64,000 nucleotides of DNA from Candidatus Latescibacterota bacterium (lineage in GTDB: Bacteria > Latescibacterota > UBA2968 > GCA-2709665), in contig CBDCOX010000002.1 of assembly GCA_965219995.1 (NCBI GenBank), positions 3,584,001-3,648,000 of the forward strand, given 5' to 3'. Below, piece after piece: positions 1 through 10,052 of the stretch. Numbering within the stretch: position 1 is the stretch's first letter; every line of letters starts with the position of its first letter. The position numbers were made by a program, and so were the translations under genes. Below the pieces are notes generated by a model. That model made no database searches, was not told the origin of the DNA, and worked only from the letters and a program-made list of their open reading frames with translations.

Positions 1-272
1 AGAGGAAAGAGGAGTTGACGTACAGGGCAAGGTTTGTATTTCCCGAAGAGGATAAACTTGCCAGCCGGATCAAGAGGATGGGCCGGAGCAAAGAGGGCGT
101 GGAGACGACGATCACGGCGCGGTACGAGGGAGACCGGGAGGACGATTTCACGTATCTGCAGATTGACCTGAGCCACGTGCCTGCCGGCGTGCACCGCCTG
201 TCGGTGCGGATTAGAGATGTGCATAGCGATGAGGTGGTCTCGCGCGATACATTGTTCCGCGTGATTGAGTGA
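1..272 (+). CDS. C-terminal fragment of a GWxTD-like protein (5' end outside window)
   Basis: Translation (ETTITARYEG..FTYLQIDLSHVPAGVHRLSVRIRD..VSRDTLFRV) aligns by eye with the C-termini of the proteins at 2600-5905 and 6063-9800. Confidence 0.7.
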   Translation, partial: RKEELTYRARFVFPEEDKLASRIKRMGRSKEGVETTITARYEGDREDDFTYLQIDLSHVPAGVHRLSVRIRDVHSDEVVSRDTLFRVIE

Positions 273-285
273 GAAGGGGAATGCG

Positions 286-1374
286 ATGTCCAGGAGATTT
301 CCGATTGCGCTGGCAGTTTTCCTTTGTCTCCACGCCTGTGGATCAGATTCGCCGACGTCCTCCGAACCTCAAGGCGACTCCGGAGGTTTTGAATTCATCG
401 GAAGAATGACAATATCGCGGTTCTGGCACGTTGCGGTGCAATTGAAGAACGGCCGGGTTCTCATCGCCGGTGGTACCGATACGGATCGACCTGCTCATTC
501 ACAGGCGGATATGTATCACGACAGCGCGGAACTGTTCGATCTTGAAAGAGGCGCCTCGTCGACAACGGGAAAGATGTCGCAGGCCCGCACGCAGGACACG
601 GCAATCCTGTTGAATGACGGTCGGGTCCTAATCAAGGGCACTATTCGGAATGCCGCGGAGGTCTACGACCCGCAAGCCGGAACATTCTCGACCCTCGCTG
701 ACGTCCCCGGATTGCAAAGGGGTTTGGCGACCACGGTACTTGCGACCGGGGCCATCTTTGCCATCGATGAACAGGGCAACGCGGGAATATTCGATCCGGC
801 CACATGGGAATTCACCTCCGCGGGCAGGATGATAACTCCCCGATCGGCCCATACGTCCACTCTTCTCGCAGAAGGCCGCGTTCTAATCGCAGGAGGCACG
901 AATGCGGGCGGCATGGTAAAACGGTCTGAAATCTATGACCCTGCGTCCAGATCGTTTTCCGAAGCCGGCGCATTGAACGACGAACGGTGGCTGCACGAGG
1001 CCATGCTGCTGCAGGACGGCAGGGTGCTGATTATTGGCGGGCGCAGGGGCGATATCACCTCCGAGGACGTGCAGGCTGTCACGACAGCCGAATTCTTCGA
1101 CCCCGAAACAGGCACGTTCGCGCCGGCTGGCGATACGGGATTGCCATCCATCGATGCCGCGTTTCTCTTGCCCACGGGCAAGGTGTTCGTTCTGTCCGGC
1201 AGAGACGTGGCGATTTACGACCCGGCCACAGGGGCTACCACCCGTACGGGACATCGTATCGGTGAGAATCGGATCCTGTATACCGTTACGCCGCTCAGCG
1301 ACGGCCGGGTCATGGTTTCAGGCGGCCTGAAGGATATGGTTTCGACGGATGAAGTGCTGGTCTACAAGCCATAG
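286..1374 (+). CDS. Kelch-repeat beta-propeller lipoprotein K1
   Basis: Signal peptide with lipobox-like LHAC; repeated RxxH-x-A-T-L-L-x-DGRVLIAGG..AE-x-YDP Kelch motifs; ATG at 286 follows a purine-rich RBS. Confidence 0.85.
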   Translation: MSRRFPIALAVFLCLHACGSDSPTSSEPQGDSGGFEFIGRMTISRFWHVAVQLKNGRVLIAGGTDTDRPAHSQADMYHDSAELFDLERGASSTTGKMSQARTQDTAILLNDGRVLIKGTIRNAAEVYDPQAGTFSTLADVPGLQRGLATTVLATGAIFAIDEQGNAGIFDPATWEFTSAGRMITPRSAHTSTLLAEGRVLIAGGTNAGGMVKRSEIYDPASRSFSEAGALNDERWLHEAMLLQDGRVLIIGGRRGDITSEDVQAVTTAEFFDPETGTFAPAGDTGLPSIDAAFLLPTGKVFVLSGRDVAIYDPATGATTRTGHRIGENRILYTVTPLSDGRVMVSGGLKDMVSTDEVLVYKP

Positions 1375-2470
1375 CGTGAGGCCGGGCGCCCACAAGGGGC
1401 GCCCCTACAAGGGACAGGGGGAGTCACGGTAAGGTTGAGACGATGAGGAAGCCGTTGCGAGGGTGGGGCAGACATTCCTGTCTGCCGACGTGCGCCCACA
1501 CGGTCATGCCGAGGTGGCGTGTGTGTCGGCGGGATTCCAAGATACGGGCATTTCGACAAGCTCAATGACCACGTTTAAATCGGAGCATATTGACGTCACT
1601 CAGAATCAGAGGTCAGGCGATCATTCCAAAGCGGAAGGCGGGGCGCCCACAAGGGTGCCCCTACAATGGCCCGGGGAGTCACGGTAAGGTGGAGACGATG
1701 AGGAAGCCGTTGTGAGGGTGGGGCAGACATTCCTGTCTGCCGACGTGAGCTAAGCCTGTCATCCTGAGGAAGGCGCTAAACCGGCGATGTGTCCGCGCCA
1801 ATGTGTTTGTCGCATTGTTGTTGTGTTACGGACAATCGGGAAGACGGGAGATTCTTCGACTACGCTCAGAATGACATGTCTTGTAATGGACATTGGCGAG
1901 ATGTCTCGGTCATGCCTTCACCCAATCTGTCATCCTGAGGAGGCCGCCCTGCCTGCCAGCGGCTCATTGGCAGGCAAGCCGACGAAGGATCTACTGCGGC
2001 ATGGGACCATCCTCGCGCGAAATGCCGGTGTCGATACCTGGAGGGCGGCACGTCCGCACCCACACGGTCAGGCCGAAGCGGCGTGTGTGTCGGCGGGATT
2101 CCGATCAACGGGCATTTCGACATTTCGACAAGCTCAATGCAGGCATGCTCAATGACCACGTTTCGATAGGGGCTCTACGTTGCGCTCAGAATGGCATGTC
2201 TTGTGATGGATATTGGCGAGATGTCTCGGACATACCTGCGCCAAAATGCCATCCTGAGGAAGCCCAATCGGCGGCGATGTGTCCGCGCCAATGTGTTTAT
2301 CGTATTGTTGTTGTGTTACGGACAATCCGGAAGACGGGAGATTCTTCGCTGCGCTCAGAATGACATGCTGGCCAATAACGAATCGGGAAATGCGTCCGAT
2401 GCACGAGCGCATGACATGCCATCCAGAGGAGGCCGGGCGCCCACAAGGGACGCCCCTACAATGGCCATTC
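1375..2470. repeat. Mosaic (BIME-like) cluster of REP-like palindromic modules
   Basis: Three GGGCGCCCACAAGGG..GCCCCTAC, two GGGGCAGACATTCCTGTCTGCC, several (T)GYCATCCTGAGGA..GATTCTTCG..CTCAGAATGAC and TTCGACAAGCTCAATG modules; the same modules recur at about 16.8, 19.6 and 32.2 kb. Confidence 0.85.
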
Positions 2471-2599
2471 GGTCGAATACCATTCGGGAAACGCTTGCTC
2501 CGCGGTGAAAAATCGAATAACATGCTGGATCGAAATGGAGTACGGCGAAGAAGCGGAACAGCGGCAACACGACTGTTCGATCCAGGTGAGGTTCAGGCC

Positions 2600-5500
2600 A
2601 TGAGACCGCGTAGCCAATTCATGCGTGCGAAACATCGGGCGTTGATCCTGTTTTCGACCGCGGCCGTTTTCGCATTCTTCCCCTCCCGGGGCCTCGATGC
2701 GGAAGTTCGTCAAACCGCGATATCGGTCTCCAGCGGGGGGCATACCGCGTGGGCGATCGGGCTGGAAACCGGTTCCTCCGCCATAACCGAAATATGGGTT
2801 GAAACCCGTGGAAGCCAGCCTCGCCACCTCGGCACCTTTCCCGGCCCGCCAGGGCGACTGGAGTGGGTTGCGCACGGGGAACGTCTTCGCTTTCAGGAGA
2901 CTGCCTTAAAGGTCCCCCTGCATACGCTTACCATGCTCCCGGACAGGACCATGCCGCTGGTCGCATCGGGTGTCTGGGAGATCTCCGTCCCGGACGGATC
3001 GATCGCGCGTTCGAAAACAGACTTCGAGGCGGAACCGGTAACGCCGCCGGTCGTGGCGACCCGAAACGCGCCGCGCCCGAGTCCGGCTGCCAAGGCCGTG
3101 CTGTGGGGCGTTGCGACGGCATTCAACGCCTCGGCCCTGGCCTACACCACCGTGCACCGCTGGGAATTCCGATCGGCGGTAAAGCGTTACCGGAAAGCCT
3201 CTCGGGCGTGGGCGGCCCTGCCTCTCAGATTTAAAAAGTACGGGCTCTACGAAGAGCCGGTCCTGTCCTACGCGGAGGCGCTGGCCGCAACCGCCAGGAA
3301 GGCCGGGGCAAGGCGCGGCGCCCGCTGGGTCTGCGAGGACCATCTGACCGTTATTGGCGACGCCCTCTCCGCATACGAGAAGGCCCACGAAAGCCAGCGG
3401 CCGTCCGACCTGGCGGCGCTCAGGAACTGGATAGAAACCCATAGGTTGACACCCGCGGACTCTATTGTCGTGAAAGCGCTGTTTCGTTCAGCCAATGACC
3501 CTGAAAAGGGCCGCCAGTACAGCTACACCCACGGATACCGCCCGGAAGCCGAGGACGGCGAAGCCGTTGTCACCAGTTTCTTCCACGACGGTTACCTGGT
3601 TGAAGCCGTCCGCAGCAGCGCGGGATATCGCACCCTCGACCGGCGCGTGGGCAAGGCGCAGATCGACTCCCTCCTCTACCTCGGCACTGAACTCACCCCG
3701 CATGAGCCGCTGCGGGCGATCTCCACCCTTGAAATCCTGGCCGGCGTGGCTCAGGATTACGCCCGCGGGCACAGCGGGCTCGGGTTCGCCTATCTGGAGG
3801 CGGAGAAGCTGGAGCGCGCCGTCAAATCCTTCGAACGCGCGATCGAATGCGACCACACGCTGGCCGAGGCCTACTTCGGATTGGGTCTCACCTTCCGCAA
3901 GTGGCCCAGGGGAAATTACGACGCCATCCGCTATTTCCAGAAAGCCCTCCAGTACGACCGGCACCACGTGGAAGCAAGGTTCAATATTGCCGATATCCGG
4001 TACAAACTGGACGAACACGACGTACGGCGGGAAGTCAAAAAAGTACTGGCAATTGACCCCCGCTACGCGCCCGCCTATCTGCTGATGGGGAAATGGGTGG
4101 AGGAATTCGAGAAAAACTACGAGAAAGCCGCGCTCTATTATGCGAAGTATATGGGCTTGCGGCCCGGCGACCCGGAGGGGCGCAAGCGGCTGGGATCGAT
4201 CTACCTGAGAACGAAGGACTACGGCCGCATCCTTGAAGTCCTGGAGGATTACGCCATAGAGAATCCGGACGACGACCAGGTCCTGCCCATCCTGGCCCAG
4301 GCCTGCATGAAACTGGGGGCCTATGACAGGGCCGCCGCCTTCTTCAGAGACTTTCTCGAAGGGGCCGATGCGGCCGAGAAGGGGCACTACCACGATATCC
4401 GGCTGGTTGCGCCCAAGGAGACGCTGGCGGCCTTCGAACAGACACCGCCGGAAGAACGATGGGACTTTGTGAAGAAGTTCTGGGCGGACCAGGACCCTGA
4501 CCTGACCACGGCCGCCAACGAGCGCCTCCTGGAGCATTACCGGCGGGTGTCGTTCGCCATGCAGAATTTCTCCGAAGGCAGGCAGCCCTGGGACCAGCGC
4601 GGCGAGGTCTACATCCGCTTCGGTGAACCCGATCACCGCTCCACCTCCAAAGAGTTGAACTTCCAGCAATCCATGGCGGTTCAGCGGGTCAAGGAACGTC
4701 TTTCCAGGACGCTCTACGGGGCTGCGCGTCCGCCGCGCCGTGGAATCGGCCTTCGCGGCGCCAGCTCAACGTTCGTCGGTCCGGTCTACCCCGTACGCAG
4801 CCAGGGCGGCAGGGGTCCGGGGGGGTCCTACAGACCGGTCACCGCGACGTACGACGGCTCGATGGTCCCGTGGGAAACGTGGACGTACGTCGACGTGGGC
4901 AGCGGCATCGAGATTACCTTCACCGACGAGTTCAGCAACGGAAACTACAACTATGCGCCTGAACCGCTGGATGCCGGGATTCCCGCCCGACGGCTGGCCA
5001 TGTTTACCCGCTACAGCCCCCGCAACATCTACCGCATGGCCGCCGCGGCGCAGCCGAACTACTTCGTGCGGCCGAAAAACACGCTACCGATGGAATTCTA
5101 TTTCAACTCGGCTGACTTCAGGAGTGAAAGGGATTTCCGGACCGCGCTGGAAGTCTACGTGGGGATACCGCGGCACCAGGGGCACTATATGATCGATGAC
5201 GACCGGACGGAAATTATGGTCGACCGGACCGTGGCGCTGCGGAATCCGGCAACCGGAGCGGTCTACCGGAGCGAGGACAAGGTACAATTCGCAGCCAAGG
5301 GGGACGTGACCGCGGAACGCAGCGCGTTCGTGCCGGACCTCGCGCGGTTGGACGTGCCCCCCGGTCATTACAGGATGGAAGTGAAGATAAAGGATAATCT
5401 GTCCGTTCAGCACGGGCGGTACCGTCAGGACATTGAAATCGAGTCCTATGAACGGCACAGCCTCCAGGTGAGCGACCTGGAACTGGCGTGGCGGATATCC

Positions 5501-5905
5501 AACCGCAAGGACGAGGATAAATTCAACAAAGGCACACTGTGGGTCATTCCAATGCCAACGCGGACCTACAGGGTAGGACAGAATGTATTCGTCTACTACG
5601 AAATCTATAACCTGACGAAGGACGATTTCGGGCAGACGAACTACCAGGTATCCTACACCGTCACGAAGAAGGGCGGATTCAGCCCCCTGGGTATCATCTC
5701 CAGCCTTATAAGGTGGAAGAAGGGCAAGCGTGAAGAGTTGGAAGTGACGTACGAGATGGTGGGCGAGGATAACATGGAAGTCGAATACGTGGAACTCGAG
5801 CTGGAAAACCGCCCAGCGGGCAAGTATTTCCTGAACGTGACCGTCATCGATATGAACAGCGGTGAGTTGTCCCGGAAGCAGGCCAGTTTCATTCTCGCGC
5901 AGTAG
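2600..5905 (+). CDS. Secreted TPR + GWxTD-like domain protein
   Basis: Signal peptide; TPR helices; FW..QDPDLTTAANERLLEHYRRV..QPWDQRGEVYIRFGEPD..WETWTY matches the GWxTD domain layout. Start moved to ATG 2600 because the upstream ORF extension runs through repeats. Confidence 0.8.
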   Translation: MRPRSQFMRAKHRALILFSTAAVFAFFPSRGLDAEVRQTAISVSSGGHTAWAIGLETGSSAITEIWVETRGSQPRHLGTFPGPPGRLEWVAHGERLRFQETALKVPLHTLTMLPDRTMPLVASGVWEISVPDGSIARSKTDFEAEPVTPPVVATRNAPRPSPAAKAVLWGVATAFNASALAYTTVHRWEFRSAVKRYRKASRAWAALPLRFKKYGLYEEPVLSYAEALAATARKAGARRGARWVCEDHLTVIGDALSAYEKAHESQRPSDLAALRNWIETHRLTPADSIVVKALFRSANDPEKGRQYSYTHGYRPEAEDGEAVVTSFFHDGYLVEAVRSSAGYRTLDRRVGKAQIDSLLYLGTELTPHEPLRAISTLEILAGVAQDYARGHSGLGFAYLEAEKLERAVKSFERAIECDHTLAEAYFGLGLTFRKWPRGNYDAIRYFQKALQYDRHHVEARFNIADIRYKLDEHDVRREVKKVLAIDPRYAPAYLLMGKWVEEFEKNYEKAALYYAKYMGLRPGDPEGRKRLGSIYLRTKDYGRILEVLEDYAIENPDDDQVLPILAQACMKLGAYDRAAAFFRDFLEGADAAEKGHYHDIRLVAPKETLAAFEQTPPEERWDFVKKFWADQDPDLTTAANERLLEHYRRVSFAMQNFSEGRQPWDQRGEVYIRFGEPDHRSTSKELNFQQSMAVQRVKERLSRTLYGAARPPRRGIGLRGASSTFVGPVYPVRSQGGRGPGGSYRPVTATYDGSMVPWETWTYVDVGSGIEITFTDEFSNGNYNYAPEPLDAGIPARRLAMFTRYSPRNIYRMAAAAQPNYFVRPKNTLPMEFYFNSADFRSERDFRTALEVYVGIPRHQGHYMIDDDRTEIMVDRTVALRNPATGAVYRSEDKVQFAAKGDVTAERSAFVPDLARLDVPPGHYRMEVKIKDNLSVQHGRYRQDIEIESYERHSLQVSDLELAWRISNRKDEDKFNKGTLWVIPMPTRTYRVGQNVFVYYEIYNLTKDDFGQTNYQVSYTVTKKGGFSPLGIISSLIRWKKGKREELEVTYEMVGEDNMEVEYVELELENRPAGKYFLNVTVIDMNSGELSRKQASFILAQ

Positions 5906-6062
5906 GATCGGATCAGGATTAGTGACCAAAAACAGGATCAAGACCGATCAGAAAAAGGCCAGGAGCAGGGCAGATGCTCACGATTGCGGGTCATCGTGAT
6001 AAATCCGAATCCCTGTAGGCCGCGCAACATCACCCCGACCAATCAGATTCCGGGTTACTTCA

Positions 6063-9000
6063 ATGAACTGGATGAAAAACCTGCTCATCGGCGCGGCCGG
6101 CGTTCTGGCAATCGCGGGCATTTCGGAATCCTCGAGTGACAAAATTCTCACCGCCAGGTCGGCAGGTGGCGAGTATCTGGCCTATGCTGTCCGGCGGGGC
6201 GACGGGTCGATTTCGATATCGGAAATATGGGTTGCCTCGCAACACGACAGCAGCGCCCGGAAGATCGCGGCTTATCCGGGAGAACCCGGCAGTCTCAGTT
6301 TCGATCCGGACGGAAGCGCGCTGATCTATCTCGAGCGAAGCCTGCGGCGGGAAGCGTGGGGGTCGTATTTCTACGGCGGGCAGTCGCTGCCGATTACGAG
6401 AAACAGAATCCGGAAGTTGAGCCTGGACGGCAGGAGAGAGGAAACCTGGCCGCTCCCGGACGACTTTCAACCCCTCGAATTCGCGCCTTCTCCCGATGGA
6501 CGGTCGTTGGCGATTGTCGGGTATCGAGGGAATCCGTTCGAGCGTGTCGGCCACGGCCTTTGGGTCGCGGACGATCGCGGCGGCGTCAGGCCCCTGTTCG
6601 AGGGAAACGCCGCGGGCCCGTTAAACTGGTCGCCTGACGGGACATCGGTACTCTTCCGTATGGCGGATGGCTCGGGATCGTTCCGTGCTGACGTCGCCTC
6701 CGGGGAGAACTTTCGATCTGATCCGCGCAATGATATACCAAAAAGAGTATATCTAGATCGGGAGGCCGTGTTCCGGCGGAATCCAGACGCGGTTCGCGGC
6801 AGGGACGACACGATCGGTTCCGCCCTGGGGGTGATCGGCACCGGCCTGGATCTGTTCATTCGCGGCAGAAATGCGCTCCACAGAGGAAACGAAGCCAGCG
6901 CGGTAAAACTGTTCCAGCAGGCCAGGGGTGCGTTCAAGAAGCTCTTTGACCGGGCGCCGAAGTACGGGATGTCCAGGAAGGGCTGGGAAAGGTATATCGA
7001 AGTCTGCGAAGACTGGATCGATGCAGCCGGCAACACGGCGCACAGACGCAACTGCCAGGAGCGCCTGACGGGGATGCTCCGGTTGATCGTGGAGTTCGAG
7101 CATGACCGGAACGGGGACGAACCGGCGGACCTTGATGAATTGCATCAGTGGGCGACGCGGAGAATCGTTGAAGAGACGCCGGCCGGAAAGGAACTGGATG
7201 ACAGGAAGGCGATCCTTGGCGTGCTGTTCTCCTGCCCGTCAAACCGGGACTACGCATTTCTCAGCGATTACCTGTATAAGCATCCAGGGTTGCCCGGCGC
7301 GCCGGTCCTGGCCTGTTTCTGGCACCGCGGCGAACAGGTCGCCGGCATTGCCGGACGCGATGGCGGCCGCACGGAAATTTCGCGCATTCCCGCAGCGACG
7401 GTCGACAGCCTGGCATCCAGCGGGCGCCGCGGCATGGACGCGAATAAGCTGGACCGGGCGCGCCTGATCTACCGGAACGTCGCGCGTCAACGGCCGAAAG
7501 AACCGGACGCATATATCCACCTGGGTCACATTCTCCTTGAATTGAAACGATTCGAGGAATCGAAAGACGCGTTTCACCGCGCCATGACCCTGGGAAGCAA
7601 AGCGCGTGCCCACCACGGCCTTGGAATGCTCTACGCCACGTGGCCGATGCAGCGCCATTTCGCAATTCACCACTTTACAGAGGCGCTGGTCAGGGACCGG
7701 GACTTTGTGGACGCTCGATATCGGATGGCCAGAGTCCGTTATGAGATGAAACAGCGCGACGCGGAGCTGGAGCTGAAGCGGGTCCTGAAAATGGACCCCG
7801 GCCACGCGGGCGCCTATCTTATGATCGCGGACTACTATTTGAATCTATCGTGGGAATTCGAAAAGGCCGTTGTCTGGTATACGAAATACCTCGCGCTTCG
7901 TCCGGAAGACGCCGACGCGCAGCGAAGGCTGGGGGTTGCATACCTGAAGGTCAAAGAGTATTCGAAGATTATGGACCACCTGCTGGACTTCGTGAGAAAG
8001 TACCCGGAAGCCATCGAATTGATGCCCATTGTCGCCATTTCCGCCATGGAACAGGAAGAGCCGGCAATGGCAATGGCGTTCTTCGAAGACTACATTGACA
8101 AACTTGCGCCGGATGAAAGACGGTTCTATGAAGATATATCGCTGGTTGCCTCCGGCGAGGAACTCAGGACGTGCAACGAGGCACTGGGCGCCGACCGTGA
8201 GACCTGTTTGCAGCGATTCTGGAATGGAAAGGACCCGGACCTGTCCACGGCCGTGAACGAGCGGCTGCTGGAACACTACCGAAGGGTCTGGCACGCGCTG
8301 ACGGAATTCTCGGAAGGAAGGCAGCCGTGGGACGCCAGGGGTGACGTCTATGTCCGATTCGGAGAACCCGATCACCGGGCCAGGTCGGACGAACCCAACT
8401 TCAAGCAGAGCCTGAAAGTGCAGCGGGTCAAGGAGCGGCTCGCGTTCAATATCTACAAGGGCGACGTCCGCGCGCACACGTTCGTCGGCCCGGTATATCC
8501 CGTTCGCAGCCTGAAACAACTGGAAGGCGCGTGGTACGAACTGAAAGAATTCACAATAGAGAACGCAGATCCATCGGCGTGTGAGATTGCCGGCCTGACG
8601 AACGAAGGTGCGGAGGCGGCCGACGCCGACCTCTATCAAGATGGAGGAAGCGAGTCTTTTTTCGTCAATGACGATTCCTTGAAGATCGGCATTCTGTCGC
8701 TCGACGAACGCCTGGGCTTCGGCGACTATCACCCCGTTACTTCCGACGAAGACCGGAGCACGGTCCCCTGGGAAACGTGGATCTATACCGATGCCGGCGG
8801 CGGTATTGAAATCACCTTTACTGATGAAATCGGATCCGGAAACTACGATTACGCGCCTGTTCCGCCGAACCAGGGGGATATTTCGATCGGCGAAACCGCC
8901 GCCCTGAGCAGGCACGCGCCCCATTCCGTATACCGGCGTGCGGCGCGGGCAACGCCCGATTTCTATGCGCCCGGTCATGAGACACCGCCTCTCGACTTCC

Positions 9001-9800
9001 ACTACGCTCTGGCCGACTTCAGCGGCGATGACGACAATAGCCTTCTCGAAATCTACTACGGCGTCCCCATTCTGCCGGCCCATTACCACGCGGAAGAGGA
9101 CGTCACGCGGCAGGTCCTGACCCACCATGCGGCGCTGATTTCCTCCTCGCTGGACACGGTCTACAGGCAGTCGGACGAGATGGTCTACGAAGCCGTCGGA
9201 AACCGGGCCGGGGAGGGTCTCATGGCGCCGGACGTCCTGAAGCTGGATCTGCCGCCCGGCGACTACCGGCTGGAGGTCAAGTCGCAGGACCGCCTGAGAG
9301 GACGAATGGGCATCTATCAACAGCGAGTGGTCGTGGAACCCTACGGAGAAGATCGACTGCAGGTCAGCGATCTCGAACTGGCCTGGCGGGTTGGCGCGGA
9401 AGAGGCGAACGGAAAGTTTGCCAAAGGAGGTCTGACCGTCGTCCCGATGCCTTCCCGGACTTACAGGAAGGGCCAGAGCGTGTTCGTATACTACGAGATC
9501 TACAACCTGGAGAAAGACGAATTCGGACAGACCGGTTACAACGTCTCCTACACCATCACCTCGAAAGATCGCGACGGGGAGGCGGGAAACATCTCGCGCC
9601 TGTTCCGTTGGAGAGCCGGCAGACGCGAGGAGCTGGCCGTTGCGTACGAACAGATCGGCACGGACGCTCGCGAGAACGAATACGTCGAACTCGCGCTGGA
9701 TGAACAGGTACCAGGGCGATATTCGCTCAAAGTATCGATTAACGACAAAAACAGCGGCGAATCAGCGGAGAAAGAGGCGACGTTCGTCATCTCGCGATAG
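6063..9800 (+). CDS. Secreted TolB-like + TPR + GWxTD-like domain protein
   Basis: Signal peptide; PD40/TolB-like motifs (FDPDGSALIY, PSPDGRSLA, WSPDGTSVLF); TPRs; DPDLSTAVNERLLEHYRRV..QPWDARGDVYVRFGEPD; paralog of the upstream gene. Confidence 0.82.
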   Translation: MNWMKNLLIGAAGVLAIAGISESSSDKILTARSAGGEYLAYAVRRGDGSISISEIWVASQHDSSARKIAAYPGEPGSLSFDPDGSALIYLERSLRREAWGSYFYGGQSLPITRNRIRKLSLDGRREETWPLPDDFQPLEFAPSPDGRSLAIVGYRGNPFERVGHGLWVADDRGGVRPLFEGNAAGPLNWSPDGTSVLFRMADGSGSFRADVASGENFRSDPRNDIPKRVYLDREAVFRRNPDAVRGRDDTIGSALGVIGTGLDLFIRGRNALHRGNEASAVKLFQQARGAFKKLFDRAPKYGMSRKGWERYIEVCEDWIDAAGNTAHRRNCQERLTGMLRLIVEFEHDRNGDEPADLDELHQWATRRIVEETPAGKELDDRKAILGVLFSCPSNRDYAFLSDYLYKHPGLPGAPVLACFWHRGEQVAGIAGRDGGRTEISRIPAATVDSLASSGRRGMDANKLDRARLIYRNVARQRPKEPDAYIHLGHILLELKRFEESKDAFHRAMTLGSKARAHHGLGMLYATWPMQRHFAIHHFTEALVRDRDFVDARYRMARVRYEMKQRDAELELKRVLKMDPGHAGAYLMIADYYLNLSWEFEKAVVWYTKYLALRPEDADAQRRLGVAYLKVKEYSKIMDHLLDFVRKYPEAIELMPIVAISAMEQEEPAMAMAFFEDYIDKLAPDERRFYEDISLVASGEELRTCNEALGADRETCLQRFWNGKDPDLSTAVNERLLEHYRRVWHALTEFSEGRQPWDARGDVYVRFGEPDHRARSDEPNFKQSLKVQRVKERLAFNIYKGDVRAHTFVGPVYPVRSLKQLEGAWYELKEFTIENADPSACEIAGLTNEGAEAADADLYQDGGSESFFVNDDSLKIGILSLDERLGFGDYHPVTSDEDRSTVPWETWIYTDAGGGIEITFTDEIGSGNYDYAPVPPNQGDISIGETAALSRHAPHSVYRRAARATPDFYAPGHETPPLDFHYALADFSGDDDNSLLEIYYGVPILPAHYHAEEDVTRQVLTHHAALISSSLDTVYRQSDEMVYEAVGNRAGEGLMAPDVLKLDLPPGDYRLEVKSQDRLRGRMGIYQQRVVVEPYGEDRLQVSDLELAWRVGAEEANGKFAKGGLTVVPMPSRTYRKGQSVFVYYEIYNLEKDEFGQTGYNVSYTITSKDRDGEAGNISRLFRWRAGRREELAVAYEQIGTDARENEYVELALDEQVPGRYSLKVSINDKNSGESAEKEATFVISR

Positions 9801-9830
9801 GTTCTACCTACCCCCTTTCCCCCATCCCGG

Positions 9831-10008
9831 GGTGAGACGTGAGACGCAAGACGGTAGATGAGAGACTGAAACCGGTGAGAGGGTAGAGGGTAGACGGTAG
9901 ATGACATCTTTGCCAGATTGGTTTCTCCTTTATGCCTGCGGCAAGAGATGATACCGCACAGGCACTCACATCCTCTCCCGTCTTACGTCTCCCGTCTCAC
10001 CGCCTTTA
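9831..10008. repeat. MITE-like element, family A (AGACGGT/AGACGTG heptamer termini)
   Basis: GGTGAGA..GTAGACGGTAGATGACATCTTTGCCAGATTGG..TATGCCTGCGGCAAGAGATGA..CGTCTCACCGCCTTTA; near-identical copy at 11281-11416. Confidence 0.8.
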
Positions 10009-10052
10009 TCGGTGAGGGGCTGCGGGGGGAGGACGCTGAGGAAGGACACCGA

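Noticed and set aside
1362-2599. Short ORFs and the 107-codon N-terminal extension of the 2279-5905 ORF
   Set aside because: They translate REP-like repeat modules; the signal peptide and RBS support a start near 2600.
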